IMG/VR virus record: IMGVR_UViG_3300033232_000030
Location: 1 to 38,112 of that record
From: a virus
Taxonomy: Duplodnaviria > Caudoviricetes
Reading direction: 5' to 3' (one strand)
Length of the DNA stretch: 38,112 bases
The notes under the pieces were generated by a model. The model made no database searches. It was not told where the DNA came from and was given only the letters and a program-made list of their open reading frames with translations. The number at the start of each line of letters is the position of its first letter. The stretch's first letter is position 1. This document shows positions 1 to 7,565 of this stretch, piece by piece. Both the position numbers and the translations under genes were made by a program.

Positions 1-253
1 GATCTACTCTGTGCTTGCCATCCCGCTGCGCCACCATCCCCGGCGTGTCTTTCCAGTCTCTCGCGCTCGGTGTCACCCACCCAGTAAAGTCTGTCTCGAA
101 TGTGCGGCGCACCGACGCCCGCAGACGAAAAAGCAACCGCTGCGCAGGCGTAACCTGCGCCTTCCAAGTCATCGAATACAAGGTCGATCCAAGCCCCTCC
201 AGCCTCTTCATTAGATTCAGTGTTACTCGCTCCTGAAGTTCTTCGCTCGTCAT
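1..253 (-). CDS. Alternative-frame ORF inside the methyltransferase gene, probable small/beta polypeptide (runs off the left edge)
   Basis: ATG 253 after AAGGTG: MTSEELQERVTLNLMKRLEGLGSTLYSMTWKAQVTPAQRLLFRLRASVRRTFETDFTGWVTPSARDWKD. Resembles the W-x-TP-x-ARDWK overlapping ORFs of this phage MTase family; analogous to the M.EcoHK31I alpha/beta arrangement. Confidence 0.65.
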   Translation of the reverse strand, partial: MTSEELQERVTLNLMKRLEGLGSTLYSMTWKAQVTPAQRLLFRLRASVRRTFETDFTGWVTPSARDWKDTPGMVAQRDGKHRVD

Positions 254-1178
254 TTTTTACACCTTGTTTTTCAACCACTGCACGATGATTGACATCGCCA
301 CTTCCTCCCCCCAGTCCCCCAGCATCGCGTTCACTGCAAAAGCTACGATCCGAACATTCCCGTAGATGTAGCCTTTGCTCGGATCGATCCTGTCCAATGA
401 CGGCGTGTTGTATGCCCTCCCTGGAGCAACCCCCAGAGCAAGAGCAATCCCCGACACCTCGCAGATCGCTTTGGATATGCGCTCCTGTATTTGAGCCACA
501 TGCGCATCCAAGTCGAAAGCAATCCCCCTCTTTTGACTCCTTCTCCTGCACTCCGAAATCAAGTAAGCCGCCCGGTTCTTGGCCCTGTATTCCCTCGAAT
601 AAATCTCTGTTTTCTGACTTCTTTTCGCTCTTGCGGCTTTTCGCGCCTCTGTCGAATTTGACCGCCAGGTCTTTTCGTACTCCCTCTGGCACTCCTTGCA
701 TAACGGCCTCAATCCGAGCCTTCCTCTGCCGGAATATTTCCGATACTGATCCAGGGGTTTGACCTCCCCGCACACCGTACAAGCCTTCGTTTCCATAGCC
801 AATTACTCCTTTTGATGCAACCTGTTCACCAAATATTATATCCGGTGAACAGGTTGCAATCAATCTCATCCAAACCGGCCACAGGTGCCGCTCGTCGCCA
901 AACCCCTTTCCTTTGCCTGCCGCGCTGAAAGGCTGACACGGGCATGATCCTGTCCACACTGGTCGGTCGTCGCTCCATCCTGCTTGGCGCAGGGCGTAGC
1001 TCCAGACGCCAATGCCAGCGAAAAAATGGCATTGGGTGAAACCTCTGATGTCGCTGGGGCGAACATCCTCGATCGATCGTTCATCTACTTCTCCTGGGGC
1101 AATAAGCCCCGCATCAATTAAATTTCTGAGCCATTGCGCTGCAAATGGGTCGAATTCGTTGTAGTAGGCTGCGCGCAT
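1..1178 (-). CDS. Phage DNA (cytosine-5) methyltransferase, large/alpha polypeptide; runs off the left edge and carries a ~205-codon insertion
   Basis: Hand translation from ATG 1178: MRAAYYNEFDPFAAQWL...HFFAGIGVW...TGSCPCQPFS...DERHLWP...FGEQVASK-[insert]-AWIDLVFDDLEGAGY...GAPHIRDRLYWVG. No stop down to position 1. Absent from the ORF track because it has no stop in the window. Confidence 0.9.
   Translation of the reverse strand, partial: MRAAYYNEFDPFAAQWLRNLIDAGLIAPGEVDERSIEDVRPSDIRGFTQCHFFAGIGVWSYALRQAGWSDDRPVWTGSCPCQPFSAAGKGKGFGDERHLWPVWMRLIATCSPDIIFGEQVASKGVIGYGNEGLYGVRGGQTPGSVSEIFRQRKARIEAVMQGVPEGVRKDLAVKFDRGAKSRKSEKKSENRDLFEGIQGQEPGGLLDFGVQEKESKEGDCFRLGCACGSNTGAHIQSDLRGVGDCSCSGGCSREGIQHAVIGQDRSEQRLHLRECSDRSFCSERDAGGLGGGSGDVNHRAVVEKQGVKNDERRTSGASNTESNEEAGGAWIDLVFDDLEGAGYACAAVAFSSAGVGAPHIRDRLYWVGDTERERLERHAGDGGAAGWQAQSR
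257..796 (-). CDS. His-Me finger (HNH-like) endonuclease with N-terminal Zn ribbon, nested in the methyltransferase gene
   Basis: CxxC...CxxC N-terminus; PSLDRIDPSKGYxxGNVRxVxxxVN motif; RBS AAAGGAG upstream of ATG 796. Confidence 0.8.
   Translation of the reverse strand: METKACTVCGEVKPLDQYRKYSGRGRLGLRPLCKECQREYEKTWRSNSTEARKAARAKRSQKTEIYSREYRAKNRAAYLISECRRRSQKRGIAFDLDAHVAQIQERISKAICEVSGIALALGVAPGRAYNTPSLDRIDPSKGYIYGNVRIVAFAVNAMLGDWGEEVAMSIIVQWLKNKV
816..863 (-). promoter_or_regulatory. Sigma70-like promoter of the nested endonuclease, overlapped by a 15-bp inverted repeat
   Basis: Minus strand TTGATT(863-858)-17 nt-TATAAT(840-835); arms tgcaacctgttcacc 816-830 and ggtgaacaggttgca 844-858. 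Confidence 0.65.
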
Positions 1179-1209
1179 TCGTCGTGCCTGCTTTATTCGT
1201 TGGTTTGAT

Positions 1210-1443
1210 TCATATATTCCCCTTTTTTGGCCCTCTTTTCGGTGTCAACCCCGGCTTGCCACGGTACTGGTATTTGCCGACTATGCGAAAGTCGGCGCGG
1301 TTGGACTCACATAAATTCCGCAGGGCGCACTGAAGACTGGCGATACTTCCACCCAAAAGATCAGGTGGTATCTCATTGAGGTAAACCCAGTCTTTTTTCT
1401 CCAGGAGCCACTGGTGTAGGACTTCGCGTTTGGTTATTTTCAT
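1210..1443 (-). CDS. Hypothetical protein, possibly winged-helix DNA-binding
   Basis: ATGA overlap with upstream gene; basic C-terminus. Confidence 0.55.
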   Translation of the reverse strand: MKITKREVLHQWLLEKKDWVYLNEIPPDLLGGSIASLQCALRNLCESNRADFRIVGKYQYRGKPGLTPKRGPKKGNI

Positions 1444-1625
1444 GGCCGCAACCAATCAAACCAGCCTTGGTGTAAACCGTAGTCAACTAAAAAAACAGCA
1501 ACGGCAACTGCAACCATGAATGCAAAAAAGAACTGCGCAGACTGCATCCGTGTCAGTGGTATGTATTCATCACGCTCAATCTCTGGCACATGGAGTTCCA
1601 TGTAAGCTTTGTCCCATTCGTTCAT
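1440..1625 (-). CDS. Small membrane protein
   Basis: One hydrophobic helix FFFAFMVAVAVAVFLV; ATGA overlaps at both ends. Confidence 0.65.
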   Translation of the reverse strand: MNEWDKAYMELHVPEIERDEYIPLTRMQSAQFFFAFMVAVAVAVFLVDYGLHQGWFDWLRP

Positions 1626-1984
1626 AGTTTCTCTACCCTTCCGTTACGGTAAAAAAGTTTGTCTAATTGGCGGCTTGGCAAGGCCATTGCATCGTTGCAC
1701 CCTGGTCGGCCATTGAATTGCTTGAGGTCTGATCCGTCATACGGCTCGCTTGTTGTGTATGAACGAGCTGTTGCAATGCGCGATTTGCTGAGTGAAAAGC
1801 CGTAGGTGCGACACCCTTTTTTTGATACTGCATAGGTGACTTCGCCATACTCTTCGGCATGCACAATGAAGCCATTTCTGAGAGCGGCATTGACGTCGCT
1901 TTGTTTTGCTTTGGTCATGCCGATAAGCTCTTGCTTAAGCATGGGGCCTATTTTGTAGAGCGCAGATACGATAGCTTGTTGCAT
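1622..1984 (-). CDS. Hypothetical phage protein
   Basis: First gene after promoter at 2011-2039; C-terminal RPGxxDAxxLPSR motif. Confidence 0.7.
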   Translation of the reverse strand: MQQAIVSALYKIGPMLKQELIGMTKAKQSDVNAALRNGFIVHAEEYGEVTYAVSKKGCRTYGFSLSKSRIATARSYTTSEPYDGSDLKQFNGRPGCNDAMALPSRQLDKLFYRNGRVEKL

Positions 1985-2007
1985 TCTTCTTTCTCTTTGT
2001 GTTGTTT

Positions 2008-2039
2008 TGTATTATGCCGTAAAGCAAACATAAAGGCAA
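2008..2039 (-). promoter_or_regulatory. Leftward phage promoter, copy 1
   Basis: TTGCCT-17-CATAAT; 23 bp (2008-2030) identical to 7158-7180. Confidence 0.7.
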
Positions 2040-2040
2040 T

Positions 2041-2073
2041 AAAAAGCAACAAGTTTTCAGTTTGTTGCTTTTT
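2041..2073. promoter_or_regulatory. 12-bp inverted repeat (operator or weak terminator) after rdgC
   Basis: aaaaagcaacaa-N9-ttgttgcttttt. Confidence 0.45.
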
Positions 2074-2077
2074 GTAT

Positions 2078-2950
2078 TCAAGCTTCGCCGTCAAGCTCTT
2101 CGATCAGGTCTTCAATAAGACCGTTGATTTCTGTGGTGGCAATGACGACGTCTGCATCAAACTGATCGACTTCTTCTGGGTGCCCTTCAAGGAGGTTGCC
2201 AATGATGTCGATCTTCTTGAGCGTGAGGTTATCTGTCAGTGTGAAGTTGACGCGACCCAACCAGGTTAGGTCAAGACTGGCTGGCACCATGCCTGCAGTT
2301 AGGTGATCTTTGATTTCCGGAATGTCAAGCTTGTGCTTGATGTACTTGACCTTGGTGCCGTCTTCCGATTTAAGCTCGCAGCTTTCTTCAATGGCCAGGC
2401 TTTCGGGGGTTCGAACCTCCATCAGCCAGTCGTTCATCGCGTCGGCTGGTGTTGTGCTTGTTTTGACGTTTCCAATCTTAAGACCATTCAAGGCGTTGAG
2501 CAGTATGCCAGCCAAGGTATTCGCCTTGGCTTGACTGGTGGTGCCAACAACCAGCTTCTTGCCAACAGGGTCGAGCCAGGCAATGATGGCCTCATGTTTT
2601 GGGAAAGCCTTTGGCAGCAGACCTTGCGTGATTTCATATTTGAGTTCACGGCGCTCCTTCTTGTCAGGCTTGCGGCCAGTAGATTCTTCGATCTGCTGAG
2701 TTGCAACTTTGAGTTGTTTATCAATGATGTCAGCCGGAACTTTCTTTGTCTCAATCATGAGCTTGAAGACAAGCTGACCATTGATGCATTCGCAAAGAGC
2801 GCCGTTCTCTTCGCGTGGCGGGACAAAGCCGATGCTGCATTTCTGGGTAGATTCGCAGGGTATGAAGGCTATAGCCGCAAGTGCGCCAAGGACATCAAAG
2901 TCTGCGGCAGGTAGGGCGGTGAGGTGGTAGAAGATGGCGTTGTTGATCAT
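2078..2950 (-). CDS. rdgC: Recombination-associated protein RdgC
   Basis: SIGFVPP, ETKKVP, GRKPDKKERRELK, LLPKAF, FDADxxI motifs; 290 aa. Confidence 0.9.
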   Translation of the reverse strand: MINNAIFYHLTALPAADFDVLGALAAIAFIPCESTQKCSIGFVPPREENGALCECINGQLVFKLMIETKKVPADIIDKQLKVATQQIEESTGRKPDKKERRELKYEITQGLLPKAFPKHEAIIAWLDPVGKKLVVGTTSQAKANTLAGILLNALNGLKIGNVKTSTTPADAMNDWLMEVRTPESLAIEESCELKSEDGTKVKYIKHKLDIPEIKDHLTAGMVPASLDLTWLGRVNFTLTDNLTLKKIDIIGNLLEGHPEEVDQFDADVVIATTEINGLIEDLIEELDGEA

Positions 2951-2975
2951 GGATTTCTTTCGTTAATTTGGACCC

Positions 2976-3140
2976 TTAAGAGCTTTTTAGCTTTGGGCAT
3001 TTTTTGTGTATAACTTTTGGCGGCTCATCGTTTTGAAATTTTGGGCCATTGGTGAATGTGCATTCTTTGCCATCCTGAAATGGGCAAGCTGCACATGACG
3101 TGATCGTCTTGGATGGATAAATCTGGAATGTCTTTTCCAT
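2976..3140 (-). CDS. Small Cys-rich hypothetical protein
   Basis: CAACPF...C...CPKL pattern, in operon orientation. Confidence 0.5.
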   Translation of the reverse strand: MEKTFQIYPSKTITSCAACPFQDGKECTFTNGPKFQNDEPPKVIHKKCPKLKSS

Positions 3141-3148
3141 GATCACCC

Positions 3149-3637
3149 TTACATTGCCAGGCAACGGGCAGAGCCGCGCATGGGATTGGCGAATGGGATG
3201 TCGTCATCCATGGCTGCAAAGCCACCAGACTGGCCTTGGCGCACAGGCTGCGGCGCCTGGCGTTGTGGCGCGGCTTGACGTGCTGGTTGCTGGCCTTGCT
3301 GACCGTCAGGCTTCCCGCCAAGCATTTTCATCTCGCTGGCCTGTATTTCGGTGGCGTACTTTTCGACGCCATCTTTGTCGGTGTATTTGCGCGTTTTAAG
3401 TTTTCCGCTGATGTAGATCAACGAACCTTTGTGCAGGTACTGACCAGAGATTTCAGCCAGCTTGCCGAACATTGAAACGCGATGCCACTCCGTGGCTTGT
3501 TTGGCTTCGCCGGTGTTTTTGTCTTTCCACTTCTCAGTGGTGGCAACGGCCAGGTTGGCGACTGGTTCGCCCGTTGGCAGTTGTCTAACTTCGGGGTCAC
3601 GGCCCAGGTGGCCAATGATTTGGATTTGGTTAAGCAT
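3149..3637 (-). CDS. ssb: Single-stranded DNA-binding protein
   Basis: NQIQIIGHLGRDPE, TEWHRV, KGSLIYISGKLKTRKY, acidic DDDIPF near the C-terminus. Confidence 0.97.
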   Translation of the reverse strand: MLNQIQIIGHLGRDPEVRQLPTGEPVANLAVATTEKWKDKNTGEAKQATEWHRVSMFGKLAEISGQYLHKGSLIYISGKLKTRKYTDKDGVEKYATEIQASEMKMLGGKPDGQQGQQPARQAAPQRQAPQPVRQGQSGGFAAMDDDIPFANPMRGSARCLAM

Positions 3638-4259
3638 GATTTTCCTTTTGGTTTGTTACTGGTGTTTTGAATGCCGCATCTATCTCCCACCCAAAAGATA
3701 GACGGCCTTGGACAGTTCCTTTATTGATGCCGTACAGTCTGCAAGCCTCACTTAGCGTCAATGTTTTTTCATCAATCAAAAATAGTCTGTTGTTGCTCCT
3801 GTTGTTGCCTTGAGTCATCTGGCTTGCCCACCGACAGTTTGATGGCTCGTAGTTCCCGTCGTTGTCCTTTCGGTCAACCGTCATGCCAGGCGGTCGCGGC
3901 CCCATGTCCTTCAAGAAGTTTTCATAGACCTGCCACCTTTCGCAAACCGTTATCCCTCTGGCACCATACCTATGCCACTTTGTGTGGTTTGGGTTGTTGC
4001 ATCGCTGCAGCATTCCGTGCCACGCAAAGTATTCTTTCGTTCCACTCGCCCCGTGTGTTACTTGGCTCCGCAGAATCTCTTTGTTGGCGCATCCGCACGA
4101 TGTGGTCGAGCCATATCGGAGTGATTGGCCAAGGATGGACTTGGTTGCACCGCAATCACATACGCATACCCATCTTGCATTGCCATTGGCGTCGCTGCCG
4201 TTACGGCTCATCACTGTCAACCTACTAAACCTGAGCCCGACCATGTCTTTGACTGGCAT
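3630..4259 (-). CDS. Free-standing HNH homing endonuclease-like protein
   Basis: GLRFSRLTV...WVCVCDCG...SCGC, YGARGITVCERW, TVDRKDNDGNYEPSNCRWA..Q.NN. Confidence 0.85.
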   Translation of the reverse strand: MPVKDMVGLRFSRLTVMSRNGSDANGNARWVCVCDCGATKSILGQSLRYGSTTSCGCANKEILRSQVTHGASGTKEYFAWHGMLQRCNNPNHTKWHRYGARGITVCERWQVYENFLKDMGPRPPGMTVDRKDNDGNYEPSNCRWASQMTQGNNRSNNRLFLIDEKTLTLSEACRLYGINKGTVQGRLSFGWEIDAAFKTPVTNQKENHA

Positions 4260-4280
4260 TCGGATTTCCTTTTGTGGTGG

Positions 4281-4856
4281 TTACAAAATAGCGGTGATGT
4301 CTTTGATGCCAAAGTAAACAGCGATGCAGCCTTGCACATCAGCCTTGGCGCCGTGGGCGCCTTCAAGGGCTTTGCCTGTGAAGTGCTGATAGGCTTCGGC
4401 CAGCTTGGGCAGCTTGTTCTTTGCCAGCTTGGTATGTGGGCGCGCCAGTTGGCAGGTGCATTCGGCCGTGCCCGACTTCCAAAGCGCCATCTCGCTTTCA
4501 GATTTGCCAAAGCGCGACTGTGCGATGCGGACAATGCGCGCATCGAATGCCTCGTTGTGGCCTACGCGCAGGCGCTCACCCCATAGCGCCATGAGCATGG
4601 CTATTGCCATTTCCTCAGGGATGCCGACGTCCATGGCGTGCTCGGTGGTGATGCCATGGATGGCTGTCACCTGCTCTGGAATCGTCCAGCCATCGGGTTT
4701 GACAATCACATCCATACTGGCGATGGTGCTGCGCGTGCCCAGGTCAACCAGGTTGGCTGCCAACTGCACGATGTGCGGCTGGTCAGGGTGGCAGGACGGC
4801 TCCTTGTACAAGGGCAGTCCTGTGGTTTCGGTGTCGTAGAAAAGGGCGAGGTTCAA
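4281..4856 (-). CDS. DnaQ-like DEDDh 3'-5' exonuclease
   Basis: YDTETTG (ExoI), GHNEAFD (ExoII), AHGAKADV (ExoIII); probable TTG start at 4856. Confidence 0.9.
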   Translation of the reverse strand: MNLALFYDTETTGLPLYKEPSCHPDQPHIVQLAANLVDLGTRSTIASMDVIVKPDGWTIPEQVTAIHGITTEHAMDVGIPEEMAIAMLMALWGERLRVGHNEAFDARIVRIAQSRFGKSESEMALWKSGTAECTCQLARPHTKLAKNKLPKLAEAYQHFTGKALEGAHGAKADVQGCIAVYFGIKDITAIL

Positions 4857-4866
4857 GATGTACGCC

Positions 4867-6387
4867 TTACGCCGCCTTGCGGTAAAGGTCGGCAACAAAG
4901 TTCAGCACTGCGGTGATCTGGTTGGCATTGAGGTTGTCAAGCATGGTGTTGATGCGCTGGCGCTCTGTATTCATGCTGCCGACCAGGATGTCACTGGCAA
5001 GCCTGACGGGTGTCGCAACAGGTGTGGCATTTTGTTGAACGCCGGGAATCTCCTGCTCAGGCTGTTTGGCCACATTGGTTTCGGCCTCAAGGCGGACAGC
5101 CTCCTTGGTCTTGTGGTCTTGAATGCGTGCAGCAACCACAGCCGCAAAGTCTTCTGAGTCTTTAAGACAAAGGGTGCTCAGGTCTGCGAACAAGAATTGA
5201 TAGTCAGCCAGGCCGGTGGTTTTGAGGTTGAGCTCAATGCGGTCAGCCAGTGCAGAGGCTTCGATCTTGGTGCGTGCCAGCTCGGTATCAATGGCGTTGT
5301 GCAGTGATTCGATGGTGCGCTTGTTCTTGACAACGTCGCTCCAGTTGCCATTGATGACAGGCATATAGGGTTTGCCGATGCGCTCATTGAGCTTGCTGAC
5401 GTGTTCGCGCAACTTGTCATGCGCTTCGTGGATGAGGTTTGTTTTGATGAGTTCTTTTTGTTCCTTGACGGATTTCTCCAGCTTGAGGCCCAGTGCATCA
5501 AACTTGCCAGCGTAAAGTTCAAGGGTGCGAACCGCATCACTGATGCTGGCGATTTGCTCAATCACTTCTTTGGCTTTTGTCTTGAGTGCCTTGGCTGTAG
5601 TGCGGGAAAACTTGGCATTGGATTCGCCATCAGCAAAGTCCTGATCAGTCACCAGCGTGGTTTTGGTGTTGGCCAGGTAGGTGTCGAACTTGGGTGTGAC
5701 CTGGTCCAGGTTGGAGGCTGACAGTTGGCCGGTGACATTGATCACCACGACAGGCAGTTGTGACTGCACATCAACCTCTGTTTTTGTGACTGGCGCCACA
5801 GGCACATAGGCAGCAACATCGGCTTCAAGCTGTTCCCAGGCATCAATGATCTGGCCGCGCAGGACAAGGTTTTTTTCGTACCAGCAGTGGCGCTCTTCAA
5901 TCAGGGTATCGCCGTCCCATTTGCTGGCCATGAACAATACCTTGTCGCATCCGGCAACGAGACACTGTTGCTCCATCTGTATCTGGTATTCCATTGGCAG
6001 GTCTGCGCCGGTGCAGCCGTCAACCATGGTTGAGCGCAGGGTGTTGTTCAGGCTTTTATGTTCAAAGCCAATGTCTTCCTCCATGGTCAGCCCATCGAAA
6101 GATGCGGAGTATTTGCCGAGTGAACCCGTTACCGGGTAGAGATCGCTTCCAATGATCGACTCAGCCAGTGGTCTGGCGAGTGCCTCGAAGCGATGCCCAT
6201 CGTCAAATCGGCGCTGGGTGGCTGGATCAACTTCCGGGATGATTTCGGTAGCACGCTCTTTGATAAGCTGGTTTCTGGTTTTATAGCTCGATTGCCCCAT
6301 GGCAGCCGGTGCATCGGAAGCATTCAAATGCTCAATCCTGTAGGCATGCCACTCTTTGGTGCCCTGCAATAAATTATGTGTTTTCAT
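4867..6387 (-). CDS. YqaJ-like (lambda exonuclease family) nuclease with coiled-coil C-terminus
   Basis: QGTKEWHAYR, ASDAPAAMG, GHRFE, SASFDG, FEHK, YQIQMEQQ. Confidence 0.9.
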   Translation of the reverse strand: MKTHNLLQGTKEWHAYRIEHLNASDAPAAMGQSSYKTRNQLIKERATEIIPEVDPATQRRFDDGHRFEALARPLAESIIGSDLYPVTGSLGKYSASFDGLTMEEDIGFEHKSLNNTLRSTMVDGCTGADLPMEYQIQMEQQCLVAGCDKVLFMASKWDGDTLIEERHCWYEKNLVLRGQIIDAWEQLEADVAAYVPVAPVTKTEVDVQSQLPVVVINVTGQLSASNLDQVTPKFDTYLANTKTTLVTDQDFADGESNAKFSRTTAKALKTKAKEVIEQIASISDAVRTLELYAGKFDALGLKLEKSVKEQKELIKTNLIHEAHDKLREHVSKLNERIGKPYMPVINGNWSDVVKNKRTIESLHNAIDTELARTKIEASALADRIELNLKTTGLADYQFLFADLSTLCLKDSEDFAAVVAARIQDHKTKEAVRLEAETNVAKQPEQEIPGVQQNATPVATPVRLASDILVGSMNTERQRINTMLDNLNANQITAVLNFVADLYRKAA

Positions 6388-6389
6388 GG

Positions 6390-7136
6390 TTACTCTCCTT
6401 TGATTTGAGCGGCTTGCGCTTTGGTGAGGGTGAATTTGGTTTGCAGTGCCGAGATGATTGCGTCTGGGGTTTTCTTGCCCTGAGCAATAAGCTCTTTCCA
6501 GGCTGGCAGCTTGCTGTTGAATTCTTCATCGGTGTAGCAAGGCAGAGGCTGGCGTTGTTCGTTCCCAAATGGGCGGTCAGGCTGGTCGTCATAGGCACGG
6601 CCATCGTCGTCCGGCAAGTCCATGGTGGCCAGACCGCATGCCGCAAGCAGGGTGTAGCGCTGCAAGTAGGTCTGCGCAGAGGCAATAGCTTGGATGTTGT
6701 TTTTCTTGCCACTGATGTCGGGTGGCGACTGCATGCTGTTTGATTCGCTGTGGCCCATGCGGTGCGTGATGCGGCAAGTGACAATGATCATGTTGCCTTC
6801 TTGCTTGGTTTCCCAGCTGTGGCTGAAGCCGTGACTGGCCAGCGTATCCACGATGGCTTTTGTTACATCACCAATGGTGGCGTGCATGTATTCGGTGCCA
6901 GAAAAGCTGACCAGCTTGTTTTTGTAGATTTCTGGCGGGTTGAGTTTGAAAGCCGCCATGTCGGCCACATACGCTTTACGCGCTTCATTGGCTTCCCACT
7001 CTTTTTGCAGCTCCATGATGCCCTTGAGGTGCTCAAGCGACATGCCTGCCTGCAGTGCTGCAATGGCGTTGGCCATGGGGCCGACGGCAAGCTGGGTGGC
7101 GGGTGCAGTGTTTTCGATGACTGAAACTGTGTTCAT
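6390..7136 (-). CDS. ERF-family ssDNA annealing protein
   Basis: VTCRITHRMGHSES, QAIASAQTYLQRYTLLAACGLA..DDDG. Confidence 0.9.
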   Translation of the reverse strand: MNTVSVIENTAPATQLAVGPMANAIAALQAGMSLEHLKGIMELQKEWEANEARKAYVADMAAFKLNPPEIYKNKLVSFSGTEYMHATIGDVTKAIVDTLASHGFSHSWETKQEGNMIIVTCRITHRMGHSESNSMQSPPDISGKKNNIQAIASAQTYLQRYTLLAACGLATMDLPDDDGRAYDDQPDRPFGNEQRQPLPCYTDEEFNSKLPAWKELIAQGKKTPDAIISALQTKFTLTKAQAAQIKGE

Positions 7137-7157
7137 GATGTTTTACTCCTGTTGAAA

Positions 7158-7189
7158 TGTATTATGCCGTAAAGCAAACAACAATGCAA
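7158..7189 (-). promoter_or_regulatory. Leftward phage promoter, copy 2
   Basis: TTGCAT-17-CATAAT upstream of the ERF gene RBS. Confidence 0.7.
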
Positions 7190-7190
7190 A

Positions 7191-7565
7191 CTAATTTGCA
7201 ATTGATTGTTGTTTTTCTGTTAAGCAGAATGGGTTTGCTGATGTATCAGGGACGGGGACTGACTTGGGCCATAGCTCTCGCCAAACGAGCTCGCGCACGG
7301 TTCGGATATGGGCGGACAACCAAACCTGCTGGCGCTGCTCTTTGGTGCCATTGCCTTGGTCAAGGGCCATGTGGCAGGCGTAACACAGGCTGGCGACCGC
7401 CGTATCGCTTGCCTTGATGCCGCGCCCTTTGCCGTGCTGACTCCAGTTGGAGTGCGCTGCAACCACGGTGCCGTCATCAGACCCACAGTTTTGGCAAGGT
7501 ATCAGGCGGCAGGCCTCTATCAACTTTTTGCTTCTGACGTAGGCGTGCTTTGGGCGTGAGATCAT
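7191..7565 (-). CDS. DUF1364/DUF968-like Zn-binding putative nuclease
   Basis: PCQNCG...VVAAHSN...GKGRGIKASD...LCYACH. Confidence 0.75.
   Translation of the reverse strand: MISRPKHAYVRSKKLIEACRLIPCQNCGSDDGTVVAAHSNWSQHGKGRGIKASDTAVASLCYACHMALDQGNGTKEQRQQVWLSAHIRTVRELVWRELWPKSVPVPDTSANPFCLTEKQQSIAN

Noticed and set aside
195-810. Intein or group I intron as explanation of the MTase insertion
   Set aside because: No C/S start or HN-C/S/T end in the MTase frame, the endonuclease is out of frame, and no group I core was recognised by eye; Infernal is needed to exclude an intron fully
11-1333. ORF-track entries 11-214, 15-236, 289-762, 826-1032, 866-1084, 1145-1333
   Set aside because: Shadow frames of the MTase and endonuclease genes with no motifs
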